DNA from: Christensenellaceae bacterium
Lineage (GTDB): Bacteria > Bacillota > Clostridia > Christensenellales > UBA1242
Length of the DNA stretch: 45,145 nt
Direction of reading: 5' to 3'
Assembly (NCBI GenBank): GCA_031256235.1
Contig: JAIRQZ010000017.1
Coordinates: forward strand, 1 to 45,145
Below are positions 8,473 to 17,532 of the stretch, piece after piece; the stretch's first letter is position 1; each line of letters opens with the position of its first letter. The notes below the pieces were generated by a model, which saw nothing but the letters and a program-made list of their open reading frames with translations, was not told the origin of the DNA and did no database searches. A program made the translations under genes and the position numbers.

Positions 8473-10929
8473 ATGGATGGATTAAACGCCGCCCAAGTTC
8501 AAGCCAGCCGACAGGCCAACGGGACAAACAAACTTTCGCGTGGCAAGCGTGTTTCTATCGTGCGCAAGTTTTTTACCAACTTCAACGACCCGATGTTAAA
8601 GATTTTGCTTGTCGCACTTGCCATAAATTGTATTTTTATCTTCCGCTCGGACAGCCTTTTGGAAACCATAGGCATAGCAGCCGCAATCTTGATTGCTGTT
8701 ATAGTGTCGACTTTGTCGGAACAATCAAGTTCAAAGGCCTTTGAAAAGTTGCAACTTGTGGCCTCGCACATAAATGTTCGCGTTACGCGCGAGGGCAAGA
8801 CCATGGAAATCCCAATCGAGGATGTGGTGGTAGGCGACATCGTGCATTTGTTCGTCGGCGACAAAATTCCTGCGGACGGCAAGATTATAAAAGGCCAAAT
8901 CGAGGTAGACCAATCACTTATTAACGGCGAAAGTAAAGAGGTTCAAAAAAAAGCGGTTTCGGGCGACGAGGGCTTTGTGTATTCTGGCACGGTGGTCACA
9001 AGCGGGGAAGCCACAATGCGCGTAACCCATGTCGGCGACCAAACTTTTTACGGCAAAATGGCGGCCGAGTTGCAAATCGAACAACCCAAAAGCCCGCTTA
9101 AGGTCAAACTTGAACACCTTGCAAAACTTATAAGCATCATCGGCTATATCGGTGCGGTAATGGTTGCGGGGGCATACCTTTGTAATGCGCTCTTGCTTAA
9201 TGGCGAGACCTTTTCGCTTCAACACGCAATCCACGCAGGCACCTTAATCGTGTCGGTCATTGTTATGGCGGTACCCGAAGGGCTTCCCATGATGATAACG
9301 GTGGTGCTTGCAAGCAATATGAAACATATGTTGCGCGACAATGTCCTTGTTCGAAAATTAAACGGCATCGAAACCGCGGGCAGTATGAACATTTTGTTTA
9401 CCGACAAGACGGGCACGCTTACCCAAGGCAAATTGGAGGTCGCCCAAGTCATCACCGACGACCCTGTCCTTTTGGCGACGATATTGCGCTTTAACAACAG
9501 TGCCAAAATTATCGAATCGGGCAGGGCGGTCGGGGGAAACTTTACCGACAGAATTTTAATGGAATATTCCCATGGCCAACCCGTGCAAAACGTCGAGGTC
9601 AAAGAGCAAACCCCATTCAACAGCACCGTCAAGTACATGAAGACGGTATTGACGGACGGCAGGACTTTGTTAAAGGGCGCGCCCGAAGTAATTCTTGCGA
9701 TGAGCACGGGGGACCACACGAAAATCAAAGCACAAATTGCCGACCTTACACGCAAGGCTTTTCGATTGATTGCGTGTGCGGTACAACAGAATACTGGGTC
9801 CGGCGTCACGTTGGCGGGCCTTGTGGCAATCCGCGATAATGTGCGCCCCGAAGCAATCATCGCGTGCGACAAAATGCGCTCTGCAGGAATTCAAGTCGTA
9901 ATGATAACGGGCGACGCAAAAGAAACCGCGGTGGCGGTCGCGCGGGAAACCAAAATATTAAAGGATGAACAAGTCTTGACCTCTGCCGAACTTGCCAAAT
10001 TATCCGATGCCGAAGTGCGCAAAATCCTCCCGAACCTTCGTGTTGTGGCACGTGCCTTGCCCTCTGACAAAAGCAGGTTAGTGGGTATTGCTCAATCTTT
10101 GGGCCTTGTCGCAGGCATGACGGGCGACGGAGTCAATGACGCGCCCGCACTAAAGTCCGCGGATGTGGGCTTTTCGATGGGTTCTGGTACCGAGGTCGCA
10201 AAGGAGGCAGGCGACATCGTCATCATGGACGACAATATCGCAAGTGTCGGAAATGCTACAAGTTACGGCCGTACAATTTTCAAATCTATACGCAAGTTTT
10301 TGATATTTAAATTAACAATCAACTTTGTGGCGATGAGCATATCCATCGTTGCACCGTTCCTTGGCGTGGGCATGCCAATCACGGTTTTGCAAATGCTTTG
10401 GATAAATATTGTTATGGATACATTAGCGGGCATTGCCTATGGGGGAGAGCGCCCGCACCCCAGTTACATGTCCGAATCTCCAAAGCGGCGAAACGAGCCC
10501 ATTGTTAACCGATATATGTGGGGGCAAATCTTGTACGCGACGTTGTTTATAAGCGGCCTGTCACTTTGGTTCCTTATGTCGTCATATGTTCAACAGGTTC
10601 TCCGCATTCACGGCGGGCTTTATGCTATGACCGCGTTCTTTGCGTTCTTTATGTTCATTAATATATTCAACAGTTTCAACTCACGGACGCACAGTATCAA
10701 CTTGGTAAGTTCTATGAAGTTGAACAAACCCTTTGTGTTTATAATGAGCATCGTTACGGCCGCCCAAGTATTGTTAATTTTCTTTGGAGGCGACGTTTTT
10801 CGGACTCAACCGCTTTTAATAAAACATTTTATGGTCGCGATAGTTTTGGCCTCGATGATACTGCCGATTGATATGTTGCGAAAACTTTTCCTGCAATGGA
10901 AGTACGGAAAACATTTGTCGAATACATGA
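8473..10929 (+). CDS. Calcium-translocating P-type (P2) ATPase
   Basis: VPEGLP, phosphorylation site DKTGTLT, KGAPE, MITGD, GDGVNDAP and QMLWINIVMDT; actuator motif reads NGES; start moved to ATG 8473. Confidence 0.92.
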   Translation: MDGLNAAQVQASRQANGTNKLSRGKRVSIVRKFFTNFNDPMLKILLVALAINCIFIFRSDSLLETIGIAAAILIAVIVSTLSEQSSSKAFEKLQLVASHINVRVTREGKTMEIPIEDVVVGDIVHLFVGDKIPADGKIIKGQIEVDQSLINGESKEVQKKAVSGDEGFVYSGTVVTSGEATMRVTHVGDQTFYGKMAAELQIEQPKSPLKVKLEHLAKLISIIGYIGAVMVAGAYLCNALLLNGETFSLQHAIHAGTLIVSVIVMAVPEGLPMMITVVLASNMKHMLRDNVLVRKLNGIETAGSMNILFTDKTGTLTQGKLEVAQVITDDPVLLATILRFNNSAKIIESGRAVGGNFTDRILMEYSHGQPVQNVEVKEQTPFNSTVKYMKTVLTDGRTLLKGAPEVILAMSTGDHTKIKAQIADLTRKAFRLIACAVQQNTGSGVTLAGLVAIRDNVRPEAIIACDKMRSAGIQVVMITGDAKETAVAVARETKILKDEQVLTSAELAKLSDAEVRKILPNLRVVARALPSDKSRLVGIAQSLGLVAGMTGDGVNDAPALKSADVGFSMGSGTEVAKEAGDIVIMDDNIASVGNATSYGRTIFKSIRKFLIFKLTINFVAMSISIVAPFLGVGMPITVLQMLWINIVMDTLAGIAYGGERPHPSYMSESPKRRNEPIVNRYMWGQILYATLFISGLSLWFLMSSYVQQVLRIHGGLYAMTAFFAFFMFINIFNSFNSRTHSINLVSSMKLNKPFVFIMSIVTAAQVLLIFFGGDVFRTQPLLIKHFMVAIVLASMILPIDMLRKLFLQWKYGKHLSNT

Positions 10930-10974
10930 ATATATGGTAAACTGAACGCAGAGGGGTGCGCGTATTGCTTCCGA

Positions 10975-11440
10975 AGAACTATCCGAAATTTATTTTATTT
11001 TCTTTTGTTGTCGCCGCTAACATTGGCCTTCTTTTTTCGCGTGGAAAAAAGCAATTAAAAAGAACAAGGCCGAATCTGGGGAAGACCTTAAGGTCCGAAG
11101 CAAAAAGTTAAAGAGGTATTGGTACCTGGTTTTACCAGTTTGCATCGCGTTGTTCAGTTTTGGCTATGGCTTGGTTTTGCAAAATATTGGCGGGGAACAC
11201 TATTTTTGGGGCGCGCTTTCGTCGGGAGTGACTTTTGTCGCGACATTATTGCAATGGTTGCAATACCGCGAGCAATGGTTCGGGTGGATATTTGTTTATA
11301 TCGTGTCAATCGTCTTGTGGGCTGTTGCAGGGAATGTACTTATGGTTGTTATGTCGGCGGGTTGTCTTATCTTTTCGTTCACGGGCATGTTTTCATGGTG
11401 GAAAAACTCCAGTGCGAAGGATGCAAGATTAATTTCATAA
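10975..11440 (+). pseudogene. pnuC: 5'-truncated or frameshifted PnuC-like (nicotinamide riboside/vitamin) transporter
   Basis: Frame open from 11021: FFAWKK...EDLKVR...GALSSGVTFVATLLQWLQYREQWFGWIFVYIVSIVLW, the C-terminal part of PnuC; upstream NLFYFLLLSPL lies in another frame across a T6 run (11032-11037); no N-terminal helices. Confidence 0.6.
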
Positions 11441-11442
11441 AA

Positions 11443-11655
11443 TTATTGTGCTTTTTTCTTTGCTTCTTTTTTATCGGCCTTGGTTTCGATGACCTGTTTG
11501 CCGTTGTAATAGCCACAGTTCAAACAAACCTTGTGTGGTTGCTTTACAGCATGGCAATGAGGGCACTCGTGATGAGCGTCCGTGTGGGCCATAAAGTTGT
11601 GCGCACTGCGTGTGCGCTTGCGTGCTTTTGATGTTTTGTGTTTTGGTACTGCCAC
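11443..11655 (-). CDS. rpmF: 50S ribosomal protein L32 (zinc-ribbon type)
   Basis: MAVPKHKTSKARKRTR...CPHC...PHKVCLNCGYYNGKQV; GTG start with SD GGAGG (11664-11668). Confidence 0.96.
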   Translation of the reverse strand: MAVPKHKTSKARKRTRSAHNFMAHTDAHHECPHCHAVKQPHKVCLNCGYYNGKQVIETKADKKEAKKKAQ

Positions 11656-11675
11656 GAGAAAAACCTCCGTATATG

Positions 11676-11709
11676 TAGACAGCATACATGTTTTCAATTA
11701 TCATGTCAA
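11676..11709. promoter_or_regulatory. Overlapping divergent sigma-A-like promoters for rpmF (-) and plsX (+)
   Basis: Minus: TTGACA (11709-11704), 17 nt, TATGCT (11686-11681). Plus: TAGACA (11676-11681), 17 nt, TATCAT (11699-11704), 6 nt to ATG 11711. Confidence 0.7.
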
Positions 11710-11710
11710 T

Positions 11711-12754
11711 ATGAATAAGAAAGTAATTTTGGATGTTTTAGGCGGAGACCACGGGGCGGCCAGCACTTTGCCCGCCGCGGTAATGGCGTTGAAGCAAGAC
11801 AAAGGCTTGAATTTGGTCCTTGTCGGCGACAAAGATGTTATCTCGGCCCACAAAGAATTGGCGCCAGTAATCGACCGCTGTGAAATAATACATACAACCA
11901 CGAACATCGGAATGAACGAGCACCCAGTCGAAGCAATCCGTACAAAGAAGGACTCGTCGATATGCCTTGGTATGGACGCATTGCGCACCCGCGAAGATTG
12001 CACGGCTTTTGTATCCGCGGGAAGCACTGGCGCGGTTTTGACGGGTGGCTTTATGAAGGTCGGCCGTATCCCTGGCGTTTCGCGACCTGCGCTTTGTACA
12101 AAGTTAATGACCTATGACAAGCGCGGGGTGCTTGTCCTTGACCTTGGCGCCAACATGGATTGCAAGCCCGAAAACTTGGTGCACTTTGCAATAATGGCCG
12201 ATGCCTATTGGCGTGCGAACCCGCCACTTATGAACTTTGACCGATACAAAAATGTTAAACCTGTCCCGCGTGTTGCCTTGCTTTCCGTTGGCACGGAGGA
12301 CGAAAAAGGCAACGAATTAACACTTGTCGCTTTTGCCGAATTAAAGAAGTTGCACGACGCGGGAAAACTTAACTTTGTGGGCAACATGGAGGCGCGCGAC
12401 ACGTTCAGTGGCAAATACGACATCGTGGTTGCCGACGGGTTCGCGGGCAATGTACTTTTAAAAACGTTAGAGGGCACGGGTAAACTTTTTTCGCATGAAT
12501 TAAAAAAGGCAATTTCGGGGCCTTTCGTGTTGCTTGGAAAGTTGATACTTGCGGTTCGATTATTGAAGATGAAAAAGAATTTAAGCGAAGATGCTACGGG
12601 TGGGGCAATCCTTTTGGGTTGCAAAAAGCCAGTAATAAAGGCTCACGGCAACAGTGGCGCAAGGGCGCTTTGCAATGCGATATTGCTCGGGCGTCGCGCT
12701 GGAGACATGAACCTTTACGGGGAAATCGAAAAAGCAATAGGGTCGTTAACGTAA
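11711..12754 (+). CDS. plsX: Phosphate acyltransferase PlsX
   Basis: ILDVLGGDHG, KKDSS, SAGSTGA, RPAL, LDLGAN, EDEKGN, DGFAGNVLLKTLEG and KAHGNS. Confidence 0.96.
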   Translation: MNKKVILDVLGGDHGAASTLPAAVMALKQDKGLNLVLVGDKDVISAHKELAPVIDRCEIIHTTTNIGMNEHPVEAIRTKKDSSICLGMDALRTREDCTAFVSAGSTGAVLTGGFMKVGRIPGVSRPALCTKLMTYDKRGVLVLDLGANMDCKPENLVHFAIMADAYWRANPPLMNFDRYKNVKPVPRVALLSVGTEDEKGNELTLVAFAELKKLHDAGKLNFVGNMEARDTFSGKYDIVVADGFAGNVLLKTLEGTGKLFSHELKKAISGPFVLLGKLILAVRLLKMKKNLSEDATGGAILLGCKKPVIKAHGNSGARALCNAILLGRRAGDMNLYGEIEKAIGSLT

Positions 12755-13264
12755 AAATTTCGAAACCTGTTTATAAATTGCATCAGGCGTGTCGTTCGTG
12801 TTAATAAGAATTAGCCTGTCGCCAAGTGCACTTTGCAATTTTGGAAAGTTATCTGTAAACCATTTGCTACGACTTTTAAGGAAGTGTTCAATTTCTTCGC
12901 CACGGGCACGCGAGATGACTCTTTGTATCGCGACTTCATCGTCGATTTCAAGGTAAAATGCAAAATCTAAATTATGATGCTTTTCAAATGCATTCAAAAA
13001 ACTGGCGTTGACAAGGTTGTCTATGATGAAGTTTTCAGAAGTGCTGTTTTCCAGTTTAAGTTCCAAGGCCTTTGTCGTCATACTCACCGGTATGGGGTTT
13101 CCTACCTTCATGGCGGCTTGGACAGTTTCCCAGCCTTCGCATTTTGCGACTATGTAATCACGCAAGATGTCGCTGCTGATAATTTCGAAATCGAATTCTT
13201 GTGCCAATCTTTTTGCAAGTGTGCTTTTGCCACTGCCTGTCTTGCCGATTAATGCGATATTCAC
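12746..13264 (-). CDS. Nucleoside monophosphate kinase (short adenylate-kinase family)
   Basis: P-loop GKTGSGKST, ISSDILRD and M..G..IP; no long LID domain. Confidence 0.8.
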   Translation of the reverse strand: MNIALIGKTGSGKSTLAKRLAQEFDFEIISSDILRDYIVAKCEGWETVQAAMKVGNPIPVSMTTKALELKLENSTSENFIIDNLVNASFLNAFEKHHNLDFAFYLEIDDEVAIQRVISRARGEEIEHFLKSRSKWFTDNFPKLQSALGDRLILINTNDTPDAIYKQVSKFLR

Positions 13265-13283
13265 TTGAACAGTGTAACAAAAC

Positions 13284-15083
13284 TTACATCAGGCTTGCAA
13301 GGGCATTCCAAGTAAGCGGGCCGACAACACCGTCGACGGTAAGTCCGCGGTAAAGTTGGAAAGTGCGTACCGCATTTAATGTCGCGGGGCCAAAAATTCC
13401 GTCGGGGGCAAGTAGTGGAATCGCGTTGTATGTGACGCGCGCGTTGTTAAGCATTGTTTGTAAAGTTCGGACATTATCGCCACGAGAGCCCTCGCGCAAA
13501 GGTGTGCCTGGGTACGGAAGATGAGGTGCGGGGGGCGGAGCAGGCGGTGTTACGGGCGGAGTAATCGGTGGCACGGGTATCGTCGGTGGTTGTTGGTCGA
13601 TTATCGCGCGCGCCACTTCGTACAATCTACGCCACGTGTTTGGGCCGACTATGCCGTCCGCCGTAAGTCCGAATCTGCGTTGAAAGGCTTGAACCGCGGA
13701 AGTGGTGCTTGCCCCGAAACTGCCGTCTTGGATAACCGACGGGACTTCGGGATAAAATTGTGATATGTAATTTAAAAGGAATTGGGCGTGGATGACGTCG
13801 GCACCTCTTGCGCCTTGGCGAATTGTTGTGGTTGGCGGAGTAGGCGACAAGCCGATGCGTTCGCCCTCGCCTCCAAGTTCGGACAATCCTGTGACTGCGC
13901 CGAAGACTTGAGATATTTTGTTCCATGTGCTTCGGCCGACGATGCCGTCTTGGACAAGGTTAAAGGTTCGCTGGAAAACCCTGACTGCGTTGGCGGTGTC
14001 TGCGCCGAATACGCCGTTCGGGTTGGCAATAACAGGAATCGCGGGATAATTGACGCGGATTCGGTTAAGTTGGTTTTGCATTCTTCGGACCGAATCGCCA
14101 GTACTTCCCAATGTAAGCGAAGTCCCGGGGAAGGATTCGATGATTCCTCCACCTGGAGCAGTGGCAAGTTCCAAATCATTGGGGTAATAGTTACGCAAGA
14201 TTTGCAAAGGCGTGAACCCGCGATTGGCGAGTGTGACCGTGCCCCATTGCGAAAGGCCTTTACATGTGACAGTGGTGCCATTGCAATACTCGGTGAAATA
14301 CGGGTTAGCAAAGCCTGTGCGACGGGCATAGACATTGAAAATTCCGTCTACGATTTGGCTTATGTTGGCAAAGATTTCGCGGTTATTGACAAAGGCCTGG
14401 TCCGTCGCGGTGCTGTTGGTGATATCAAAGTTAAATCCGCGCGAACGGTACCATTCCGTATAAATTCGGTTAAGTGCGAATGTCACGATTGCGTGAATGT
14501 TCGCGATAAGTGCGTTGTTGGGCCATGTTGGATAAATTTCGCTTGATGCTACGTTTTTTATATAGTCCGCAAATCGTACTCGGACATTCGGTGCGGAGGC
14601 ATTCCCTGGTGTGCCAAGGTGCACGGTTATGTAATCGGGGATTGCTACGCGTGGAAGTATTCGGCTTGCGGGTTGGTCGGGTGGGCCTTCTTGTAATTGC
14701 GGGCCTGTTGGTTCATCGGCTGTCGGAGGCGGAATAACTATTGTTTGCTCGCCGTCTTCGCCTGCGGGCAAGGGTTCCATGTTTACATTTAATACGCTTT
14801 CAATCCCGTCAAAGATTTCGACGTCAATATATGTGATTGTGGTAAACCCAGGCTTTGCAATCCACACATCATATAATCCATACGGATGCGTGCCTGGTGC
14901 GGGTGCCATAGTTAATTCGCGGGATGGGGCGGAAAGCGTGTAAACCTCCGATTCGCCGTTTTCATTTGTTACGCCTTGGAACAAGACATTGCCTGCTTTG
15001 TCCTTGATTGCATAGGCTACGCTCGCAACAGGCTCGGCGCCTTGTCCCATAGTTGTTAAAATTTTTAAAGTTCCATTTGCCAT
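13284..15083 (-). CDS. sleC: Spore cortex-lytic enzyme SleC-like with three peptidoglycan-binding domains
   Basis: IPDYITVHLG...FADYIKNVASSEIYPTWP...NRIYTEWYRSRG..FDITNST..DQ catalytic domain; repeated DGIVG..TW PG-binding motifs; N-terminal pro-region. Confidence 0.9.
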   Translation of the reverse strand: MANGTLKILTTMGQGAEPVASVAYAIKDKAGNVLFQGVTNENGESEVYTLSAPSRELTMAPAPGTHPYGLYDVWIAKPGFTTITYIDVEIFDGIESVLNVNMEPLPAGEDGEQTIVIPPPTADEPTGPQLQEGPPDQPASRILPRVAIPDYITVHLGTPGNASAPNVRVRFADYIKNVASSEIYPTWPNNALIANIHAIVTFALNRIYTEWYRSRGFNFDITNSTATDQAFVNNREIFANISQIVDGIFNVYARRTGFANPYFTEYCNGTTVTCKGLSQWGTVTLANRGFTPLQILRNYYPNDLELATAPGGGIIESFPGTSLTLGSTGDSVRRMQNQLNRIRVNYPAIPVIANPNGVFGADTANAVRVFQRTFNLVQDGIVGRSTWNKISQVFGAVTGLSELGGEGERIGLSPTPPTTTIRQGARGADVIHAQFLLNYISQFYPEVPSVIQDGSFGASTTSAVQAFQRRFGLTADGIVGPNTWRRLYEVARAIIDQQPPTIPVPPITPPVTPPAPPPAPHLPYPGTPLREGSRGDNVRTLQTMLNNARVTYNAIPLLAPDGIFGPATLNAVRTFQLYRGLTVDGVVGPLTWNALASLM

Positions 15084-15089
15084 ATTTTA

Positions 15090-15116
15090 AAGATATGGGC
15101 TTTGTGGCAAAACTGT
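15090..15116 (-). promoter_or_regulatory. Sigma-K-like promoter of sleC
   Basis: ACA (15116-15114), 16 nt, CATATCTT (15097-15090), then 6 nt to ATG 15083. Confidence 0.55.
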
Positions 15117-15183
15117 GACGGACGCCGTAGATTATATCTATAGAGCGACAGAAAGTCGCGATATGTCAAACAGGAGGTTTGTC

Positions 15184-16230
15184 ATGGCAACAGTAACATT
15201 AGACGCCGGACACGGCGGTTACGACCCAGGCGCGGTCAACGGTACAAGATTAGAAAAAAACGACAACTTAAGAATGGCGCTTGCGGTCGGTACATATTTA
15301 AGACAATGCGGTGTAAACGTGGTTTACACAAGAAGCACGGATGTTTTTATACCGCTTGCGGAACGCGCGAATATAAGCAATCGGGCGAACTCGGACTTAT
15401 TTGTTTCGTTCCATCGGAATTCAAATGCCAACCCTCAAGCAAATGGGGTAGAGAATTGGATTTATACAAGTGCTTCGCCCAAAGCATTGGCTGCGGCGGA
15501 TTTGGTATTAAGTCGCCTTGTCAATCAAGGGGTGCAAAGCAACAGGGGAATCCAGCGCGGGACGTTTTATGTATTGAAGTATACAAACGCGCCCGCAATG
15601 TTAATAGAATTGGGCTTTATAAGTAACGCCGAGGACAACAGATTATTTGATACGCGGTTTGATGCATATGCGCGGGCGATTGCAAGCGGGATTTTATCAA
15701 GTCTTGGAGTGAATTGTCAGCCAGGCGGGACTGTGACTCCGCCACCCGTTGTGCCTCCAGTAGTTCCACCACCGACTCCGCCCACACCCCCGACGGTAAC
15801 TCCTCCGATTGTTCCACCACCGCCCGCGGGTGATTATACGGCGACGATTCGATACATACAGAATGCTCTTAATACAAGATATGGTCAAAACTTGGCCGTG
15901 GATGGGGTTTGGGGGCCACTTTCGTACAGGGCGCTTTTGCGGGCGTATCAACTTGAGTTGAATCGGTCGTATGGCGCTGGCTTGACGGTTGATGGGGCCT
16001 GGGGCCCACGGACAAGGGTGGCGACACGGACTTTAAGGCAGGGCGACCGAGGCAATTTGGTATGGCTTTTACAGGCTGCTCTTTATGTAAATGGATTCCC
16101 TGCGGCGCCTGACGGAGCATTTGGGCCGATGACAGATATACACGTAAGGAACTTTCAACGCGCGAACGGGCTTGCCGTGGACGGCGTTGTCGGGCCAAAC
16201 ACGTGGGAAAGATTGTTCGCAAGAACATAA
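15184..16230 (+). CDS. N-acetylmuramoyl-L-alanine amidase (Amidase_3) with Pro-rich linker and PG-binding domains
   Basis: LDAGHGG.DPGA, EK..NL, SFHRN and LIELGFISN; VDG.WGP repeats; SD AGGAGG before ATG 15184. Confidence 0.93.
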   Translation: MATVTLDAGHGGYDPGAVNGTRLEKNDNLRMALAVGTYLRQCGVNVVYTRSTDVFIPLAERANISNRANSDLFVSFHRNSNANPQANGVENWIYTSASPKALAAADLVLSRLVNQGVQSNRGIQRGTFYVLKYTNAPAMLIELGFISNAEDNRLFDTRFDAYARAIASGILSSLGVNCQPGGTVTPPPVVPPVVPPPTPPTPPTVTPPIVPPPPAGDYTATIRYIQNALNTRYGQNLAVDGVWGPLSYRALLRAYQLELNRSYGAGLTVDGAWGPRTRVATRTLRQGDRGNLVWLLQAALYVNGFPAAPDGAFGPMTDIHVRNFQRANGLAVDGVVGPNTWERLFART

Positions 16231-16272
16231 AAAACGTTTGGATATTTTGCGTATTAGTGCTTTAATTTTTAC

Positions 16273-16896
16273 ATGGGTAAAATTCCGTATGTTACAAGTG
16301 GCGAACTTTTCGTTCGCGCAGATTACAAACATGCAGAAGAAATTTTGGCGGAGTACAACGACTTTTACATTTTCAACATGGCCCAGTACAATACCTTGTA
16401 TCACAAGATTGACGAGCATGTCGAAAACGAGGATGAAATCGAGGCCGAGGTACGAAAACGTCTTGAACTTGCCGACCGCGCCGCCAAACAGGCGACCGAG
16501 CATTTCGCGGGATTGTTTGGAAGCAAGGACTTTGGCGAAAGCGCAATGATTGGTTTGCGCATATCGTGGTATGACCTGCAAAAAATCTTGTTGGCGGAAT
16601 TTAAGCACAAGACCTTGGTCCAAGACAGTGCGATGAACGGGATTGCGCCCCATTTGCGGAATGTCGCAAGCATAATGTTGTTTGCCGAGCGCATCATTGC
16701 CGACCTTGACCAACTGGATGGCACATTTGAACAAATTGCGGTATTAAAAGAGGGCTTCAAGATGCTTTTGGAACGCAATGAAAAAGAGAAACTTGCCATT
16801 CCCGAATACCACAAGGCAAAGACGGCCTTTGCGCGATTCAAGAAGCCAGAACAATACATCGAGTTTTGCGAAAAATTATTTTTCGGTAAACTATAG
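16273..16896 (+). CDS. Hypothetical helical protein
   Basis: 207-aa ORF with ordinary composition; TTGGAT, 17 nt, TTTAAT ends 6 nt upstream; no recognised motif. Confidence 0.7.
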   Translation: MGKIPYVTSGELFVRADYKHAEEILAEYNDFYIFNMAQYNTLYHKIDEHVENEDEIEAEVRKRLELADRAAKQATEHFAGLFGSKDFGESAMIGLRISWYDLQKILLAEFKHKTLVQDSAMNGIAPHLRNVASIMLFAERIIADLDQLDGTFEQIAVLKEGFKMLLERNEKEKLAIPEYHKAKTAFARFKKPEQYIEFCEKLFFGKL

Positions 16897-16926
16897 TCAA
16901 GACTTACAAAAGAGGAGGAAATTAAA

Positions 16927-17502
16927 ATGAAAGTCTGTGTTTGTGGAGGTACCAATCCTGCGACCAATCCAAAGTGGTTGGGATTCGCGTCGGAACTTGG
17001 TGACTTGCTTTGCAAAAATGATTTTGAAATGGTTTGGGGAGGCAATGCCTTTGGGGTTTTGTCGAACATTCATCAACAGTATATCGACCAACAAAAGGAA
17101 AACACACTGTTTTTGCCGGAGGCATACAAAGAAGACCTTAACGTGATGAAGACTGACAAGGTGGAAATGACCAAGTTGGTTGTCGAGAGAACGCACGCGA
17201 TGTTAAAGTCTACAAATGTTGTGATTATTGTCCCAGGTGGCATAGGCACGATTTACGAGTTTTGGACTGCCGTCGAGGGTTTGCGCGCGGGCGAGTACGA
17301 TTTGGACATCATAATGTTGAATTACAAGGGCTTTTACAAAAATCAACTCGAGCATTTCAAATTCATCAACGAAAACGGATTTACAAAGACTGGTAAGGGT
17401 GGGGCACCGTACAAAATAAAACCAGAAGACCTGTTCACCGTCGTCGACACACCAGAAAAGGCCATCGAAGAATTAAAGAAAATCAGAAAAAAGCGCGGTT
17501 AA
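16927..17502 (+). CDS. LOG family nucleotide phosphoribohydrolase
   Basis: VCVCGG, VWGG..FGV, ER...M and PGGIGT..E motif; SD GAGGAGG. Confidence 0.88.
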   Translation: MKVCVCGGTNPATNPKWLGFASELGDLLCKNDFEMVWGGNAFGVLSNIHQQYIDQQKENTLFLPEAYKEDLNVMKTDKVEMTKLVVERTHAMLKSTNVVIIVPGGIGTIYEFWTAVEGLRAGEYDLDIIMLNYKGFYKNQLEHFKFINENGFTKTGKGGAPYKIKPEDLFTVVDTPEKAIEELKKIRKKRG

Positions 17503-17513
17503 GCGCTTTTTTT
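17487..17513. terminator. Bidirectional intrinsic terminator
   Basis: AAAAAAGCGC-GGTTAA-GCGCTTTTTTT between convergent genes. Confidence 0.8.
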
Positions 17514-17532
17514 GAATGTGCTTTTCTTATCA

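Noticed and set aside
8920-8935. NGES instead of TGES in the P-type ATPase as a sign of inactivation
   Set aside because: The catalytic Glu and all other motifs are intact, so it is most likely a tolerated variant
15730-15830. CCN-rich repetitive DNA in the amidase, and similarly at about 13520-13600 in sleC
   Set aside because: Explained by Pro/Thr/Val-rich interdomain linkers
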